Below are positions 60,253 to 64,000 of a stretch of 64,000 nt of DNA, piece after piece (position 1 is the first letter of the stretch; each line of letters opens with the position of its first letter). Where the stretch lies: positions 15,220,974 to 15,284,973 of the forward strand of contig NC_057719.1 in the NCBI RefSeq assembly GCF_004010195.1. The letters run 5' to 3'. The DNA comes from Chiloscyllium plagiosum. Taxonomy: Eukaryota. Below the pieces are notes generated by a model that was given only the letters and a program-made list of their open reading frames with translations, had not been told where the DNA came from and made no database searches. The position numbers and the translations under genes were made by a program.

Positions 60253-63200
60253 AAAGCACTACATTTCCAAGACAAGAAAGGAGTAATGTTGAGCGTATTT
60301 AGCCTCATCCCTCTTAATCTCACCACATACTGTGCCTCCTTTATGGTCACAATGGTGGAAAACAATGCTGTCACTGTTCCCAAGAAAACTGGGAGCTCCC
60401 TAGCATATCACTGTGTCTTCAATCTCTCTTTTGTTTGGAAAGATCTACCCTTTGCTTGGTGCCTTCTGATGTTGGCACAGTTGGGTTTGCAATTCTGTCT
60501 TGAGAAATCCCATTGACAGTTCAATTTGGTGTCAGCAATGGCTTGGTTGTAACACTTTTCTTCTGAATCAGAAGATTCAAGTTTCATTCAACAACTTCAG
60601 TTCAAAAGTTAATACTGCAATGGTGCCAGTGCCATACCACAGACGAGATGTTAAACAGAGGGTACATCTGCCTGCTTCAGGTGGATATCAAATATCTAAT
60701 ATTTCAGAGAAAGGTAGGGGAAGCTATGCCTATTGTTCTCATCAACAGTTATCCGTCAATTCCACACATTGAAATTGGTGCTGTTTCCTGTAATAGTGAC
60801 CACACTTCAAAGAAGTATCTTAGTAATTTAAAGTACTTTGAAATATCCAGTAGTCATGAAACATACTCATCTAAATACTGTTAGATCCTATAAGTGATTC
60901 AGTATATGGCAGCTCATAGTAAATCTCATTACTCCAAATATCTCAATTGTTTCTCAGACGGGCCAAAAACTACATAACTCTCTCTAATGGTGCTTTTGAG
61001 TAATGGGTCTTATATCAACTTGCACCAAGCACATTAGCAACACTGGTTTTGTTAAAATATTGTATTAATACTTAAACAAAAAGTGAACAACTCCTTTCCA
61101 AATGATAAAGGTTTCAGGTTATTAGCATGTACTGGGTATGACAATACTGAATTCAGTGCAAGTTTATGAAATAGAACTGTTTTCCTTGCTGTGCAACTGC
61201 TGAGAAGAATAAACAATTCTCTTGCTGTCCCTGTGAAAGCTGGAAGCTCTTTAAAATCTGTTCAAACTTCTCTTCTTCAAGTAGAAAAGCCCCAACTTAA
61301 GTCTATCTACATAACTGAAGTTCCTCAACCCTTCACATCCTTCCTAAAGTGTAGTGTTCAGAATTGGATGTAATGTTTCTGTTAAGGCCAATACAATATT
61401 TAAACCAGCCAGGTTTAAACCAGATTCCAGTATGTTCTTAATTGCAACCTCAACTTCACAGTGGAAACAAACTGCGCTTGGAAAGCCCCACTTTGTAGGT
61501 CCAATATAAATTTCTTCTTGCCTGCTTGATAAACACAAGATAAACTAATGTTTGTGCTTGTTTAAACTGGTCTAAGTTGTGGATGTATCTGTTGGGACCA
61601 TGTCAGAAGCCATATTAGAATAGATTCACTGCCACAAATCTTGCTTTTGTTATTAGTTGAAGTTACTGATATCAATTGGGGTATTATGCCCACACATAAC
61701 CTTTGGCATATCCATTCTTATTTCCCTCGATGATTAAAGGCTTAACTGTAGCTCAGAACACAAAACCTAGCACTCATCCTATAAGCAACTAAAAACATGT
61801 CAAGAACTGAGTATAATGCTGGAGGCAATAGATAATCCATTTAGAATGTGGCAAATACCATCCTTAGTTACTGGAGTATTGTTCCCATTTCAGAGAACTA
61901 TACTTTAGGAAGGATATCACATCTTGGGAGAAGATGCAGAGTGACACCAAAAAATAAGGACTTCAATTATGTGGTGAGATGATAAAAAATGGCATTTTCT
62001 CTTTTCAGCTAGACAAGGCCAGAGGGAGAGATAAAGTAGTATTCAAGATTGTGAAGGATTCTGATAATATTCTAAGAAGTGTAAAGCTGCTTCCAATGGC
62101 AGAAGGATCAGAACAAAGACATTGACAGTACTGAGCAAAAGAGATGGAGAGAATCAGTCTTTCACAGTGAGTTATGATGATTTGAAATGCATTATCTGAG
62201 CAGGTGGTTGAAGCAGATTCTATAGTAACTTACAAATTGAATTAGATAATCACTTGAAATGATTACATAGCTGGGAAAACAGTAGGAATGGTGCTGAATT
62301 GGATGTTTTTAAAAAGAGCAGTACAAGCATAAATCACTGAATTAATCTCTTCTTGTGTTATTTCATGTTCTAATTGCACAGTATTCTGTATCTTTCATCA
62401 TTCTCCATACTTTCCAAACTCCACTCATCACTGTGCTAAGTTTATTTCAAAAATCTGGCCCACGTTTTTAAATTGCTCTGCAGTCTCAATATATCTTCTG
62501 CCAACAGCTCTGTGTGGACACACTTTTTTAAAAAAATATGGATTGCAGAGGGATAGCTGCAGTACTCAGGGAGGTTTGAAATGTTGGATGAATTGAGTTA
62601 TTAATTTGAGTTGTCAATGGCTCTCTCTGTATCCTATGAAGGATCCTATGAAGATACTATGAGGTGGAGCTGGAGTTTTAGGTTTAGTGACCTGGCTGGT
62701 ATTCATGCCTCAATTACAAAAGTCACACTTTGGTCATTATCACATGGGAGCTTGCTGCCAACAAACTGGTTGCCGTATTTCCAACATCAAAAGTACTCCA
62801 GTGACTATGAAATTCTTTGGAATATCTTTAACTTGTAAAATCTGCTTTACAAATTCAAGACCCAATCCAACTGTTACTCAGTCTGATCCTCTGACTCGCT
62901 GCCCCCAATTCCCTCCATCTCCCCCCCGCTTCCAAAAATCTATTAGAACTTTAGCTTTACCCTATCCAGCCCAAAATTCTCAATTTCTCCATTTTTGCCT
63001 CCTGTAAATAACTCAGATTTTAGCCTCATTGATACAAAACACTTAGAGATATCACACTGAAAGTGTGACTATTAACTGATCATTTGTGACCACAAATCTC
63101 AAAATTATACTTTTGGGAGTGATCTGATAGCTCAGAATTTGATTGTGAGAAAAATTCAATGTAGTTACTTTTTGCAGTATCTGATTGCCGCAGATGATTT

Positions 63201-64000
63201 TTTTCTTAGTATCTCCAGAAGGTTGACGATTTAAATATCAGTAGACCCACCTGAAAGTTCTACTCCAGACTCCTCATCAAGATGTTGTGGGACTATGCTC
63301 CTTCATTGTCACTGGGTCAAAATGTTGGAACTCCCTACACAAATGGCATTGTGACAATACCTTACGCAAGATGAATATCTGCAATTTAATATCGCCCTTC
63401 ACTACCATCTTCTCAAGATAGTTAAGAAATAATCAATAAAACAGACCCACTCTATGAATCAATAACTTTTAAAAATAAAAAGATGACATAATCAAAAGTG
63501 GTGTGTCAGTGCACATTAGTTTTACAGGTAGCTGTCTGTAGATGACATACCAAGATGAAAGTCTGGCGTTCCATTGGCTCATATGCACTTTAAGGTGTTC
63601 CGTCAGAGCAACAAATTGTTCTTCTAGTGGCCTGACAATATCACGCCCTCAATCCGACAGCACAGATTAGCTAGTCAATTATTACAATGTTGTTGTGGAT
63701 CTCCCCGGGTAATGCTGTCATTGGGTTGATATGTACGCAACTCTTTGAAACATTTCTGAGAATACTAATAAAGTGCTACGTGACGACAAGTCCTTTTTTT
63801 CCACTTGATGCAGTTACTGAACCCTGACACTACTCAGTTTTATTTGCTTCATTTGTACCTAAGATTTCAAGTCCAGATTTTGTACACTCTTATAATCAAT
63901 ATTATACGTAAAGTCTCAAACCTGGATGCATGAATTTGCTCAAAGTTTTTTTTGTTACAGTTCTTGTGTGAACAAATTATTGCAAACTTTGACATCCACA

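Noticed and set aside
471..63007. Most ORFs in the six-frame track as independent genes
   Set aside because: They are short and either overlap repeats or AREL1 exons, or lack recognisable motifs and splice context.
57608..64000. AREL1 N-terminal coding exons or promoter
   Set aside because: No matching peptide or CpG-rich promoter seen; presumably beyond the window.

Overview
Vertebrate genomic DNA, most likely a shark; this is inferred from the HE1-type V-SINE, DeuSINE, CR1 and Penelope-like repeat content. The only protein-coding gene I can support is AREL1 (HECT E3 ubiquitin ligase) on the minus strand. It has 16 coding exons from 57607 down to the TAA stop at 21140. All introns are GT-AG, and the exons splice into 2235 nt (744 aa plus stop). 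The N-terminal exons were not found and probably lie beyond 64000. The rest is transposable-element debris, often nested: CR1-group LINEs, several tRNA-derived SINE families, TA-flanked pogo/Tigger-type MITEs, a Gypsy integrase relic, a probable solo LTR, and many Penelope-like element (PLE) pieces. The most interesting signal is a set of short (about 160-260 bp), non-coding, palindromic insertions. They are built from inverted PLE terminal repeats, flanked by 10-15 bp direct repeats, and carry minimal hammerhead-ribozyme cores (CUGANGA-helix II-GAAAC/G-NUH) from several PLE families. Repeat boundaries are approximate unless a flanking duplication is quoted, and family names come from recall rather than a database search.
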